From Enterobacter bugandensis (GTDB lineage Bacteria > Pseudomonadota > Gammaproteobacteria > Enterobacterales > Enterobacteriaceae): DNA of 32,000 bases. A program made the position numbers and the translations under genes. Below the pieces are notes generated by a model that saw only the letters and a program-made list of their open reading frames with translations, was not told the origin of the DNA and did no database searches. Location of the stretch: contig CAXYPO010000002.1 in assembly GCA_964290475.1 (NCBI GenBank), forward strand, positions 1,561,714-1,593,713, read 5' to 3'. Positions 18,878 to 28,058 of this stretch are shown here, one piece after another; the first letter of the stretch is position 1; each line of letters starts with the position of its first letter.

Positions 18878-19756
18878 ATGAGCGACGACAATTCACACAG
18901 TAGCGACACGACAAACAGTAAAAAGGGATTCTTCTCCCTTATTCTGAGCCAGCTGTTCCACGGCGAACCTAAAAACCGTGATGAACTTCTGGAGCTGATC
19001 CGTGATTCCGGGCAGAACGACCTTATCGACGAAGATACGCGCGAAATGCTCGAAGGGGTAATGGACATCGCCGACCAGCGCGTCCGCGATATCATGATCC
19101 CCCGCTCGCAGATGATCACCCTGAAACGCAACCAGACTCTGGACGAGTGCCTTGATGTCATTATCGAATCGGCCCATTCGCGTTTTCCGGTTATCAGCGA
19201 AGACAGAGATCACATCGAAGGGATTTTGATGGCAAAAGATCTGCTGCCCTTTATGCGCAGCGATGCCGATGCCTTCAGCATGGAAAAAGTGTTACGTCAG
19301 GTGGTGGTTGTTCCGGAAAGTAAGCGGGTTGACCGCATGCTGAAAGAGTTCCGTTCTCAGCGTTACCACATGGCGATTGTTATCGATGAGTTTGGCGGCG
19401 TTTCGGGCCTGGTTACCATCGAAGATATTCTGGAGCTGATTGTCGGCGAAATCGAAGACGAGTATGACGAAGAAGAGGATATCGACTTCCGTCAGCTAAG
19501 CCGTCACACCTGGACCGTCCGGGCCCTGGCGCCTATCGAAGATTTTAACGACACCTTCGGCACCCATTTTAGCGATGAAGAGGTCGATACCATCGGCGGG
19601 CTGGTAATGCAGGCCTTTGGCCACCTGCCGGCGCGCGGTGAAACCGTCGAAATTGACGGGTATCAGTTCAAGGTCGCAATGGCCGACAGTCGACGTATTA
19701 TTCAGGTTCATGTCAGAATGCCGGACGACGCTCCGCAACCCACACTGGATGATTGA
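18878..19756 (+). CDS. corC: Mg2+/Co2+ efflux-associated protein CorC (YbeX; CBS pair plus CorC_HlyC domain)
   Basis: 292 aa beginning [34 protein letters not shown], near-identical to remembered E. coli CorC. Confidence 0.96.
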   Translation: MSDDNSHSSDTTNSKKGFFSLILSQLFHGEPKNRDELLELIRDSGQNDLIDEDTREMLEGVMDIADQRVRDIMIPRSQMITLKRNQTLDECLDVIIESAHSRFPVISEDRDHIEGILMAKDLLPFMRSDADAFSMEKVLRQVVVVPESKRVDRMLKEFRSQRYHMAIVIDEFGGVSGLVTIEDILELIVGEIEDEYDEEEDIDFRQLSRHTWTVRALAPIEDFNDTFGTHFSDEEVDTIGGLVMQAFGHLPARGETVEIDGYQFKVAMADSRRIIQVHVRMPDDAPQPTLDD

Positions 19757-19761
19757 TTTAA

Positions 19762-21300
19762 ATGGCATTTGCCCCATTGCTTGAACGCCAGCGCACGCGT
19801 TTGCTGCTGGCGCTGATCCTCGGAGCCAGCGGAACGCTGGCTTTTTCTCCTTATGACTTCTGGCCCGCCGCCCTTCTCTCCCTGATGGGGTTGCAGGGGC
19901 TGACCCTCAACCGGCGTCCGGTTCAGGCAGCAGCCATCGGCTACGCCTGGGGGTTTGGTCTGTTCGGTACCGGCATTAACTGGGTCTACGTCAGTATCGC
20001 CACCTTTGGCGGTATGCCCGGTCCGGTCAACGTCTTCCTTGTGGTGCTGCTGGCCGCCTATCTCTCGCTCTATACTGGTCTTTTTGCCGGGATCCTTTCC
20101 CGCCTGTGGCCGAAGAGCAGCTGGCTGCGCGTGGCCATTGCCGCGCCGGTTGTCTGGCAAATCACCGAGTTTCTGCGCGGCTGGGTGCTTACCGGCTTCC
20201 CGTGGCTGCAGTTTGGCTATAGCCAGATTGACGGGCCGCTGAAAGGGCTGGCGCCGGTGATGGGCGTAGAGGCGATAAACTTCCTGCTGATGGTCATCAG
20301 TGGTCTGCTGGTCCTGGCGCTGGTGCAGCGCAGCTGGCGCCCGCTGGCGGCAGCGATAGTGCTGTTTGCCCTCCCCTTCCCGCTGCGCTTTGTCCAGTGG
20401 TTTACCCCCGAGCCTGCGCGCACCATGCAGGTCTCTATGGTACAGGGCAATATTCCGCAGTCGCTGAAATGGGACGAAGGCCAGTTGCTGAACACCCTGA
20501 AGGTCTATCTCGAGGCGTCGCAGCCGGAGCTGGGCAAGTCGCAGCTGATTATCTGGCCGGAATCGGCTATTCCCGATCTGGAGATCAATCAGCAGCGTTT
20601 CCTGCATAGCGTGGATGACCTGATGCGCGCGCATAACAGCACGCTGATCACCGGTATTGTGGATGCGCGTCTGAACAAGCAGAACCGTTATGACACCTAT
20701 AACACCATCATTACGCTCGGCAAAGACAACGCCTACGACTACGGCTCGATGAATCGCTACAACAAGAACCATCTGGTGCCTTTTGGTGAATTTGTCCCGC
20801 TGGAGTCGATTCTGCGTCCGCTGGCGCCGTTCTTCGATCTGCCGATGTCCTCGTTCAGCCGTGGCCCCTATGTCCAGCCCCAGCTTAACGCGCACGGCAT
20901 GCTGCTGACCGCCGCTATCTGCTACGAGATCATTCTGGGCGAGCAGGTGCGGGATAACTTCCGCGCGGATACCGACTATCTGCTTACCATCTCCAACGAT
21001 GCGTGGTTCGGTAAATCCATCGGCCCGTGGCAGCACTTCCAGATGGCGCGTATGCGTGCGCTGGAGCTGGCACGCCCGCTGCTGCGCAGCACCAATAACG
21101 GTATCACCGCCGTGATTGGTCCGCAGGGTGAGATTCAGGCGATGATCCCACAGTTTACCCGCGAGGTGCTTACCGCCAGCGTCACCCCGACTACGGGCCT
21201 GACGCCTTATGCCCGTACCGGCAACTGGCCGCTGTGGATCCTTACCGCGCTGTTTGGCTTCGGCGCCCTGCTGATGAGCCTGCGTCAGCGCCGCAGATAA
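19762..21300 (+). CDS. lnt: Apolipoprotein N-acyltransferase
   Basis: 512 aa with a polytopic N-terminus and a CN-hydrolase domain (..AAICYEI.., WFG.SIGPWQH). Synteny after corC is as expected. Confidence 0.96.
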   Translation: MAFAPLLERQRTRLLLALILGASGTLAFSPYDFWPAALLSLMGLQGLTLNRRPVQAAAIGYAWGFGLFGTGINWVYVSIATFGGMPGPVNVFLVVLLAAYLSLYTGLFAGILSRLWPKSSWLRVAIAAPVVWQITEFLRGWVLTGFPWLQFGYSQIDGPLKGLAPVMGVEAINFLLMVISGLLVLALVQRSWRPLAAAIVLFALPFPLRFVQWFTPEPARTMQVSMVQGNIPQSLKWDEGQLLNTLKVYLEASQPELGKSQLIIWPESAIPDLEINQQRFLHSVDDLMRAHNSTLITGIVDARLNKQNRYDTYNTIITLGKDNAYDYGSMNRYNKNHLVPFGEFVPLESILRPLAPFFDLPMSSFSRGPYVQPQLNAHGMLLTAAICYEIILGEQVRDNFRADTDYLLTISNDAWFGKSIGPWQHFQMARMRALELARPLLRSTNNGITAVIGPQGEIQAMIPQFTREVLTASVTPTTGLTPYARTGNWPLWILTALFGFGALLMSLRQRRR

Positions 21301-21304
21301 TTTT

Positions 21305-21416
21305 CCCCTCACCCTAACCCTCTCCCCACAGGGGAGAGGGGACGGTACCTGCTCAGCTTTACTCTTCAGCATCGCCCTTCTCCCTCTCTCTTTCAGGATG
21401 AGGCCGTGGTGAGGGT
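21305..21416. repeat. GC-rich palindromic intergenic repeat (REP/PU-like enterobacterial element)
   Basis: A perfect 10-bp palindrome ccctctcccc-aca-ggggagaggg lies at 21318..21340. It is nested inside the outer inverted repeat ccctcacc (21306..21313) / ggtgaggg (21408..21415). Confidence 0.5.
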
Positions 21417-21422
21417 CATTTC

Positions 21423-21438
21423 TGGCACGTCTGTTGCT
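21423..21438 (+). promoter_or_regulatory. Sigma54 (-24/-12) promoter directed toward gltI
   Basis: TGGCACGtctgTTGCT matches the consensus TGGCACG-N4-TTGCW at every specified position, with GG-N10-GC spacing. It lies about 275 nt upstream of the gltI ATG. Confidence 0.6.
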
Positions 21439-21483
21439 TTATTTATCCCCGCAAAGGCAATCAGGCTTAACGTGCAACCTTGT

Positions 21484-21522
21484 CGCACCGTCCTGGTTCA
21501 GAAGTAGCACCGAAACGGTGCA
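21484..21522. promoter_or_regulatory. Two NtrC-like dyads (enhancer-type sites)
   Basis: cGCACC-gtcct-GGTtCA (21484..21500) and aGCACC-gaaac-GGTGCA (21506..21522) compare with the consensus TGCACC-N5-GGTGCA. Their centres are about 22 bp apart. Confidence 0.45.
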
Positions 21523-21711
21523 ACGAAAGATTTTTGCCTCTGGATGGTGCGGCGCGCTTCGCAAAAATAAACAATAACGCAGCAAAACATTTACATTAAG
21601 CCACACTAAATGTTAACAAGCTTGCATAACACTGCACTCGCCTGGCGCGAGCAATAACAACATCACAATGGGTATCAATGCGTCTCTGGCGCTGATAAGA
21701 AGGAGTTGGAT

Positions 21712-22620
21712 ATGCAATTACGTAAACTGGCCACAGCAATGCTGGTAATAGGAATGTCCGCAGGCGTGGTGCACGCTGAAGACGCTGCCCCGGCAGCCGG
21801 CAGCACCCTCGACAAAATTGCCAAAAACGGCGTGATCGTGGTCGGCCACCGTGAATCATCTGTCCCGTTCTCATACTACGACAACACGCAAAAAGTCGTG
21901 GGCTACTCACAGGACTACTCCAACGCCATCGTCGACGCGGTGAAGAAAAAGCTGAACAAGCCAAACCTGGAAGTGAAGCTGATCCCTATCACCTCGCAGA
22001 ACCGTATTCCGCTGCTGCAGAACGGTACTTTCGATTTTGAGTGTGGCTCCACCACCAACAACCTGGAGCGTCAGAAACAGGCCGCCTTCTCCGACACCAT
22101 CTTTGTAGTGGGCACCCGACTGCTCACCAAAAAAGGCGGTGATATTAAAGACTTCGCCGATCTGAAAGGCAAAGCGGTAGTGGTGACCTCCGGTACCACC
22201 TCTGAAGTGCTGCTGCACAAGCTGAACGACGAGAAGAAAATGGATATGCGCATCATCAGCGCCAAAGACCACGGCGACTCTTTCCGCACCCTGGAGAGCG
22301 GCCGCGCGGTGGCGTTCATGATGGATGACGCCCTGCTGGCAGGTGAGCGTGCAAAAGCGAAAAAACCAGACAACTGGGAGATCGTGGGCACGCCGCAGTC
22401 CAAAGAGGCTTACGGCTGCATGATGCGTAAAGACGACGCGGACTTTAAAAAGCTGGTAGATGAGACCATCAGCCAGGTTCAAAAAGATGGCGATGCGGAA
22501 AAATGGTTCGATAAGTGGTTTAACAAGCCAATCCCACCGAAAAACCTGAACATGAATTTTGAACTCTCTGACGACATGAAAGCGCTGTTCAAAGATCCGA
22601 ATGACAAGGCTCTTAACTAA
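21712..22620 (+). CDS. gltI: Glutamate/aspartate ABC transporter periplasmic binding protein
   Basis: Start at MQLRK (ATG 21712, SD aaggag 7 nt upstream) gives 302 aa, as in E. coli GltI. It has a signal peptide, and GSTLDKIAKNGVIVVGHRESSVPFSYYDN is conserved. Confidence 0.96.
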   Translation: MQLRKLATAMLVIGMSAGVVHAEDAAPAAGSTLDKIAKNGVIVVGHRESSVPFSYYDNTQKVVGYSQDYSNAIVDAVKKKLNKPNLEVKLIPITSQNRIPLLQNGTFDFECGSTTNNLERQKQAAFSDTIFVVGTRLLTKKGGDIKDFADLKGKAVVVTSGTTSEVLLHKLNDEKKMDMRIISAKDHGDSFRTLESGRAVAFMMDDALLAGERAKAKKPDNWEIVGTPQSKEAYGCMMRKDDADFKKLVDETISQVQKDGDAEKWFDKWFNKPIPPKNLNMNFELSDDMKALFKDPNDKALN

Positions 22621-22763
22621 TTAAAACCAATAAGGGCAGGTTCTCCTGCCCTCTCGATTGTCGGGAAGCAGGACAGACTATACGTTGAGTGGTCGTTCCC
22701 CACTCAGCGCGAACATTGAAGCTTCTCACCAATCTTCGAGGGTAGCGCTGCTACCCTTTTTTT
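22621..22763 (+). ncRNA. sroC: SroC-type sRNA region (gltI-gltJ spacer; GcvB sponge in E. coli/Salmonella)
   Basis: The 155-nt structured spacer occupies the position where SroC is excised from gltIJKL mRNA. It has a 5' hairpin agggcag-gttctc-ctgccct (22633..22652). A 3' intrinsic terminator sits immediately before gltJ. The 5' end is not determinable by eye. Confidence 0.5.
22740..22763 (+). terminator. Intra-operon rho-independent terminator (SroC 3' end) upstream of gltJ
   Basis: gggtagc-gct-gctaccc is followed by T7 and ends 12 nt before the gltJ ATG. Confidence 0.75.
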
Positions 22764-22775
22764 CTGGAGTTTATT

Positions 22776-23516
22776 ATGTCAATAGACTGGAACTGGGGCA
22801 TTTTTCTGCAACAAGCCCCGTTCGGCAACACCACCTATCTCGGCTGGCTGTGGAGCGGCTTTCAGGTTACCGTCGCGCTGTCGATCACGGCCTGGATCAT
22901 CGCTTTTCTGGTTGGTTCCCTGTTCGGTATTTTACGCACCGTACCGAATCGTTTTCTCTCATCTATCGGCACCCTTTACGTTGAACTGTTCCGCAACGTT
23001 CCGCTAATCGTCCAGTTCTTTACCTGGTATCTGGTAGTGCCGGAGCTGCTGCCGGAAGATCTCGGTATGTGGTTCAAGGCGGAGCTTGACCCTAACGTGC
23101 AGTTCTTTATCTCCTCGATGCTCTGTCTGGGGCTGTTTACCGCCGCGCGCGTTTGCGAGCAGGTGCGTGCCGCTATCCAGTCGCTGCCGCGCGGGCAGAA
23201 AAATGCCGCGCTGGCGATGGGGCTGACTTTACCCCAGGCATACCGCTACGTGCTGCTGCCTAACGCCTATCGGGTGATCGTGCCGCCGATGACCTCCGAG
23301 ATGATGAACCTGGTAAAAAACTCGGCTATCGCTTCAACCATCGGTCTGGTGGATATGGCCGCGCAGGCGGGCAAACTGCTGGACTACTCCGCCCATGCGT
23401 GGGAATCCTTTACCGCGATTACCCTCGCGTATGTGTTAATTAATACCGTGATTATGCTGGTAATGAACCTGGTCGAACGTAAAGTCCGCCTGCCGGGCAA
23501 CCTGGGGGGCAAATAA
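22776..23516 (+). CDS. gltJ: Glutamate/aspartate ABC transporter permease
   Basis: 246-aa polytopic HisM/GlnP-family permease, second gene of gltIJKL. Confidence 0.95.
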   Translation: MSIDWNWGIFLQQAPFGNTTYLGWLWSGFQVTVALSITAWIIAFLVGSLFGILRTVPNRFLSSIGTLYVELFRNVPLIVQFFTWYLVVPELLPEDLGMWFKAELDPNVQFFISSMLCLGLFTAARVCEQVRAAIQSLPRGQKNAALAMGLTLPQAYRYVLLPNAYRVIVPPMTSEMMNLVKNSAIASTIGLVDMAAQAGKLLDYSAHAWESFTAITLAYVLINTVIMLVMNLVERKVRLPGNLGGK

Positions 23517-24190
23517 TGTACGAATTTGACTGGAGTTCTATCGCCCCCTCCATGCCCTATCTGCTGGACGGGCTGGTTATTACCCTGAAGATCACCATTA
23601 CGGCGGTGATCGTCGGGATTGTCTGGGGCACCCTGCTGGCGGTGATGCGCCTGTCGAGCTTTAAGCCGTTCGCCTGGTTCGCCACTGCCTATGTTAACGT
23701 CTTCCGCTCTATTCCGCTGGTGATGGTGCTGCTGTGGTTCTACCTGATCGTTCCGGGCCTGCTGCAGAACGTGCTGGGGCTGTCGCCGAAATCTGACATC
23801 CGCCTTATCTCGGCGATGGTGGCATTCTCGATGTTTGAGGCCGCCTACTACTCCGAGATTATTCGCGCCGGCATTCAGAGTATCTCCCGCGGGCAGTCCA
23901 GCGCGGCGCTGGCGCTGGGGATGACCCACTGGCAGTCGATGAAACTCATCATCCTGCCGCAGGCGTTCCGCGCCATGGTTCCCCTGCTGCTTACCCAGGG
24001 CATCGTATTGTTCCAGGATACCTCGCTGGTGTATGTCTTAAGTCTGGCGGACTTCTTCCGTACCGCCTCGACGATTGGTGAACGTGACGGTACACAGGTT
24101 GAGATGATCCTGTTTGCAGGTGCGGTCTATTTTGCAATTAGTTTAAGCGCGTCGCTGTTGGTCAGCTGGCTGAAGAGAAGGACAGTCTAA
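23516..24190 (+). CDS. gltK: Glutamate/aspartate ABC transporter permease
   Basis: 224-aa permease whose ATG overlaps the gltJ stop (ATAATG). It belongs to the same family. Confidence 0.95.
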   Translation: MYEFDWSSIAPSMPYLLDGLVITLKITITAVIVGIVWGTLLAVMRLSSFKPFAWFATAYVNVFRSIPLVMVLLWFYLIVPGLLQNVLGLSPKSDIRLISAMVAFSMFEAAYYSEIIRAGIQSISRGQSSAALALGMTHWQSMKLIILPQAFRAMVPLLLTQGIVLFQDTSLVYVLSLADFFRTASTIGERDGTQVEMILFAGAVYFAISLSASLLVSWLKRRTV

Positions 24191-24915
24191 TGATTTCCCT
24201 GAAAAATGTTTCTAAATGGTATGGGCACTTTCAGGTGCTGACCGATTGCTCCACCTCAGTAAAGAAAGGCGAAGTCGTCGTCGTTTGCGGACCATCGGGT
24301 TCCGGTAAATCCACGCTGATTAAAACCGTCAATGGCCTGGAGCCGGTACAGCAGGGCGAGATCACCGTTAACGGCATCGTCGTAAACAGCAAGAAAACCG
24401 ATCTGGCAAAGCTGCGCTCGAAGGTGGGAATGGTGTTCCAGCACTTCGAGCTGTTCCCGCATCTGTCGATCATTGAGAACCTGACCCTGGCGCAGGTGAA
24501 GGTCCTGAAGCGTGATAAAGCGGCAGCCCGCGATAAGGGTCTGAAGCTGCTGGAGCGCGTCGGGCTTTCCGCCCATGCCGATAAGTTCCCGGCACAGCTC
24601 TCCGGTGGCCAGCAGCAGCGTGTGGCGATAGCCCGCGCGCTCTGTATGGATCCGGTGGCGATGCTGTTTGATGAACCCACCTCCGCACTCGATCCCGAGA
24701 TGATCAACGAGGTGCTGGACGTCATGGTTGAGCTGGCTAATGAAGGGATGACCATGATGGTGGTGACCCACGAAATGGGCTTTGCGCGCAAAGTGGCGAA
24801 CCGCGTGATCTTTATGGATGAAGGCAAAATCGTGGAGGACTCGGCCAAAGAAGAGTTCTTTGCCAACCCGCAATCCGATCGTGCCAAAGATTTCCTCGCC
24901 AAAATCCTGCACTAA
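24190..24915 (+). CDS. gltL: Glutamate/aspartate ABC transporter ATP-binding protein
   Basis: 241 aa with Walker [10 protein letters not shown], signature LSGGQQQR and Walker [12 protein letters not shown]. Its start overlaps the gltK stop. Confidence 0.97.
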   Translation: MISLKNVSKWYGHFQVLTDCSTSVKKGEVVVVCGPSGSGKSTLIKTVNGLEPVQQGEITVNGIVVNSKKTDLAKLRSKVGMVFQHFELFPHLSIIENLTLAQVKVLKRDKAAARDKGLKLLERVGLSAHADKFPAQLSGGQQQRVAIARALCMDPVAMLFDEPTSALDPEMINEVLDVMVELANEGMTMMVVTHEMGFARKVANRVIFMDEGKIVEDSAKEEFFANPQSDRAKDFLAKILH

Positions 24916-24922
24916 ACTTCCC

Positions 24923-24949
24923 GGTGCGCAATCGCTCAGATTGCGCACC
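24923..24949 (+). terminator. Stem-loop after gltL (probable operon terminator, poor T-tract)
   Basis: ggtgcgcaatc-gctca-gattgcgcacc is a perfect 11-bp stem. No immediate U-run follows it. Confidence 0.4.
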
Positions 24950-25034
24950 TGCTCACGTTTTACACCGCGACTTCTCGTCGACAAGCACTGACAGCGTTAA
25001 CCTTGTCACACATATGCTGTGAATGGAGAACGCT

Positions 25035-25970
25035 ATGGCACTACCGATTATTCTTGATTGCGACCCGGGTCATGATGACGCGATCGCTCTCATTCTGGCC
25101 CTCGCCTCACCCGAACTGGATCTTAAGGCGGTCACCTCTTCTGCCGGAAACCAGACTCCGGACAAAACCCTGCGCAACGTGCTGCGGATGCTGACTCTGT
25201 TAAAGCGCAGCGATATTCCGGTTGCCGGAGGGGCAATTAGGCCGCTGATGCGTGACCTGATTATCGCCGATAACGTCCATGGGGAAAGCGGCCTTGATGG
25301 CCCCGCCCTGCCCGAGCCGGACTTTGCCCCGCAAAATTGCACTGCCGTAGAGCTGATGGCGAAAGTGCTGCGCGAAAGCCCGGAGCCGGTTACCCTGGTC
25401 GCTACCGGCCCGCAAACCAACGTTGCCCTGCTGCTGAACAGCCATCCGGAGCTGCATGCTAAAATCGCCCGGATAGTGATCATGGGTGGTGCAATGGGGC
25501 TGGGTAACTGGACACCTGCCGCTGAGTTCAACATTTTTGTCGATCCTGAAGCGGCCGAAATCGTCTTCCAGTCCGGTATACCGGTAGTGATGGCCGGCCT
25601 GGATGTGACCCATAAGGCGCAAATTATGGCGGAGGATATCGAGCGTTTTCGCCAGATCGGCAACCCGGTGGCCACCACGGTCGCAGAGCTACTGGACTTC
25701 TTTATGCAGTACCATAAAACCGAGAAATGGGGCTTTAAAGGCGCGCCCTTGCATGATCCTTGCACCATCGCCTGGTTGCTGAAGCCAGCGATTTTCACCA
25801 CGATAGAACGTTGGGTGGGCGTCGAAACGCAGGGGAAATATACCCAGGGCATGACGGTAGTCGATTATTACTTCCTCACCAATAATGAACCCAATACGAC
25901 ATTGATGACCGATCTCGATCGCCAGGCCTTTGTTGATTTACTGGCAGAACGCCTGAATTTTTATTCCTGA
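25035..25970 (+). CDS. rihA: Pyrimidine-specific ribonucleoside hydrolase
   Basis: Start at [15 protein letters not shown] (ATG 25035, SD ggaga) gives 311 aa, as in E. coli RihA. The nucleoside hydrolase DxDxxxDD motif is present. Confidence 0.96.
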   Translation: MALPIILDCDPGHDDAIALILALASPELDLKAVTSSAGNQTPDKTLRNVLRMLTLLKRSDIPVAGGAIRPLMRDLIIADNVHGESGLDGPALPEPDFAPQNCTAVELMAKVLRESPEPVTLVATGPQTNVALLLNSHPELHAKIARIVIMGGAMGLGNWTPAAEFNIFVDPEAAEIVFQSGIPVVMAGLDVTHKAQIMAEDIERFRQIGNPVATTVAELLDFFMQYHKTEKWGFKGAPLHDPCTIAWLLKPAIFTTIERWVGVETQGKYTQGMTVVDYYFLTNNEPNTTLMTDLDRQAFVDLLAERLNFYS

Positions 25971-26289
25971 AGGCATTGTTTTCATTAAGCTCCTGCCGTA
26001 ACGCAGGGGCTTTACTCATGCCAACATGAATTTGAATTTTAAAAAATGAGAATCCAGTTCACATATAAATGAGGAAAACAATATAGAAGGGATGACTTTT
26101 TTTGGCTAGCATAGCTCCCCTTTTTACTTTTTATTCTTCAATCAAAAATGTAATTTGATCATGAAAATTCATTTTTCCTAAAGAGAGTTTTCATTTTTCA
26201 AGTTGACGCTTTTGCGATAATGTAGGCTGTCTTTAATTATATGCTGAGAAGGACTCTCACATATTTATACAGGCATCACCCTCTGGTCA

Positions 26290-27990
26290 ATGAAACAAAA
26301 TGGATATTGCTTCATGCTGAAAAAGAAAAACGGCTTTATCGTCGGGCTTATTATTGCCATTACACTTTGCCATAATGCCGCCGCCAGTATTTCACACTCA
26401 ACTACGAACCAGTTAGATCAGGATCGGGCACGTGAAACTGCGCTTACCCCTCAGCAGCAAGAGTATAAATCCTCGCAGGAAAACTCCGCCAGAGGAAATA
26501 TCGAATTCCCCAAAGAGGATAACTGTAAATATATTAAAGAGGTTAATATTGAGTCAGAGGATAATAAGCTAACAAATAAACTACTGGGTAAAATAATTAG
26601 TCAGGCAAAATATCAATGCATTGGTATTGAAGGGATCCGTCTGCTCGCCAGTACTTTACAGAATGAGCTCATTATTAAAGGTTATATAACCTCTCTGATT
26701 GACGTTCCATCCCAGTCACTGGAGCATGGGGTACTACATTTAACCTTAACCTACGGCAAAATCGGTCAAATTGCCTATGCGGACGATGAGCCCCTAAATA
26801 AAACATTGCTGTGGAACTCTCTCCCGTTCTCGGAGGATGACATTCTGCGGCTGCCCGATCTCGAACAAGGGATGGCTAATCTCCAGCGCCTCCCGGGCTC
26901 TTCAGCCCATATGCAGCTGCTGCCCGGGCTGAAACACGCCGAGAGCAATATACGCCTTACCCGTAAGCTCGATAAAATGTGGCAAATAGGCGCCTGGCTG
27001 GATGATGCCGGAAGCCGCTCTACCGGCCGCTATCAGGGCGGTGGTGCCCTCTATCTGTATGACCTGACCTCGCTTAACGATATTATCTATGTTGCTGCCG
27101 GGAGCGATGTTGAGTTCAATCAGCACGAAAAGGGGAATAAAAACAGCAGCGTTTATTACTCCATCCCCTTTGGCTACTGGAATATGAGCCTGTACGCGTC
27201 GCAAAGCGAGTATCTTCAGCAGTTTCGTGGCCAGTGGTCTACCAACGATTACGAAAGTAAAAATCGCTATTACAGCGCGACGCTTTCACGGCTGCTGTCC
27301 CATACCCGCAGCCAAAAAACATCGCTGGAGACCAGGGTATTTAAAAGTCTCTCCCACTACTACTTTGGTGGCGAAGAGCTACAGGTGATGCGTAAGCAAA
27401 ACCCCGGCTGGGAGGTCGTCCTTCGCCATCAACGCTATTTCGACAATGCCGTTGTTGATGCCTCGGTGGGGGTGCAAAACAAGCTCCGCTGGTTAGGCTC
27501 TACAGCAACACCGGAGGAAAAAGCCGGCCTGTATGATAACGAGGCCCGGATTGTTCATGCCGATCTGCAGGCATATATCAAATTTGCAGCAACCAGCGAT
27601 AAATTTACCTGGGCGCCGAAAATAACTTTACAGTTAAGTCCCGATGAACTTTCTACCGATAATAAATTTAATATGGGTAGCCGCTGGTCGGTGCGCGGTT
27701 TTGATGGCGAAAGCACCTTATCGGGTAATCAGGGTTGGTACTGGCGTAACGATTTTATCTGGGATTTACCCCTACCGGGCCAGCAATTTTATACCGGTCT
27801 GGATATAGGCAGACTGCAAGGAAGCGAGCAGTATGGCCAGGGAAAAGTTCTTTCCGGGGCTGTTGCAGGATTACGCGGTGAATTCATGTCCACCGAGTAT
27901 GACCTTTTTATTGGAACGCCTTTATATAAACCGAAAAGTTTTCACTCCCAAGCACTTAATATGGGCTTTTCAATGCAATGGAGGTATTAA
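26290..27990 (+). CDS. Two-partner secretion outer-membrane transporter TpsB (ShlB/FhaC/HecB family, POTRA plus 16-strand barrel)
   Basis: 566 aa, or 558 aa from the alternative ATG at 26314, which gives the classical signal peptide MLKKKNGFIVGLIIAITLCHNAAA. A POTRA-like region is present (IKEVNIES...LQNELIIKGYITSLIDVPSQSLEHGVLHLTLTYGKIG). The Omp85/TpsB loop-6 motif VRGF is at aa 468-471 (nt 27691..27702). The barrel-type C-terminus ends ..GFSMQWRY. Confidence 0.88.
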   Translation: MKQNGYCFMLKKKNGFIVGLIIAITLCHNAAASISHSTTNQLDQDRARETALTPQQQEYKSSQENSARGNIEFPKEDNCKYIKEVNIESEDNKLTNKLLGKIISQAKYQCIGIEGIRLLASTLQNELIIKGYITSLIDVPSQSLEHGVLHLTLTYGKIGQIAYADDEPLNKTLLWNSLPFSEDDILRLPDLEQGMANLQRLPGSSAHMQLLPGLKHAESNIRLTRKLDKMWQIGAWLDDAGSRSTGRYQGGGALYLYDLTSLNDIIYVAAGSDVEFNQHEKGNKNSSVYYSIPFGYWNMSLYASQSEYLQQFRGQWSTNDYESKNRYYSATLSRLLSHTRSQKTSLETRVFKSLSHYYFGGEELQVMRKQNPGWEVVLRHQRYFDNAVVDASVGVQNKLRWLGSTATPEEKAGLYDNEARIVHADLQAYIKFAATSDKFTWAPKITLQLSPDELSTDNKFNMGSRWSVRGFDGESTLSGNQGWYWRNDFIWDLPLPGQQFYTGLDIGRLQGSEQYGQGKVLSGAVAGLRGEFMSTEYDLFIGTPLYKPKSFHSQALNMGFSMQWRY

Positions 27991-28058
27991 CCTAATACGA
28001 CAATAGATTTTTGCAGTTCTGTATTGTTTGACGTTTATTATTTAAAGGAATAAATACA

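Noticed and set aside
21541-21556. Second sigma54-like element TGGATG-gtgcg-GCGCG, downstream of the NtrC-like dyads.
   Set aside because: Only the GG and GC dinucleotides match and the -12 TTGC is absent. It lies less than 30 bp from the nearest dyad. It is too weak to call as a feature and is mentioned only as an alternative in the sigma54 finding.
22658-22984. 108-aa plus-strand ORF spanning the gltI-gltJ spacer and the 5' part of gltJ.
   Set aside because: It is out of frame with gltJ, crosses an intrinsic terminator and starts with TTG. Its translation has no protein-like features. The region is better explained as SroC plus gltJ.
25971-26289. Mini-ORFs in the AT-rich spacer (for example MNLNFKK*, MKIHFS*, MTFFG*), considered as leader peptides or small toxins.
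   Set aside because: They are 5-7 codons long without Shine-Dalgarno sequences. Such snippets are expected by chance in 28% GC DNA.
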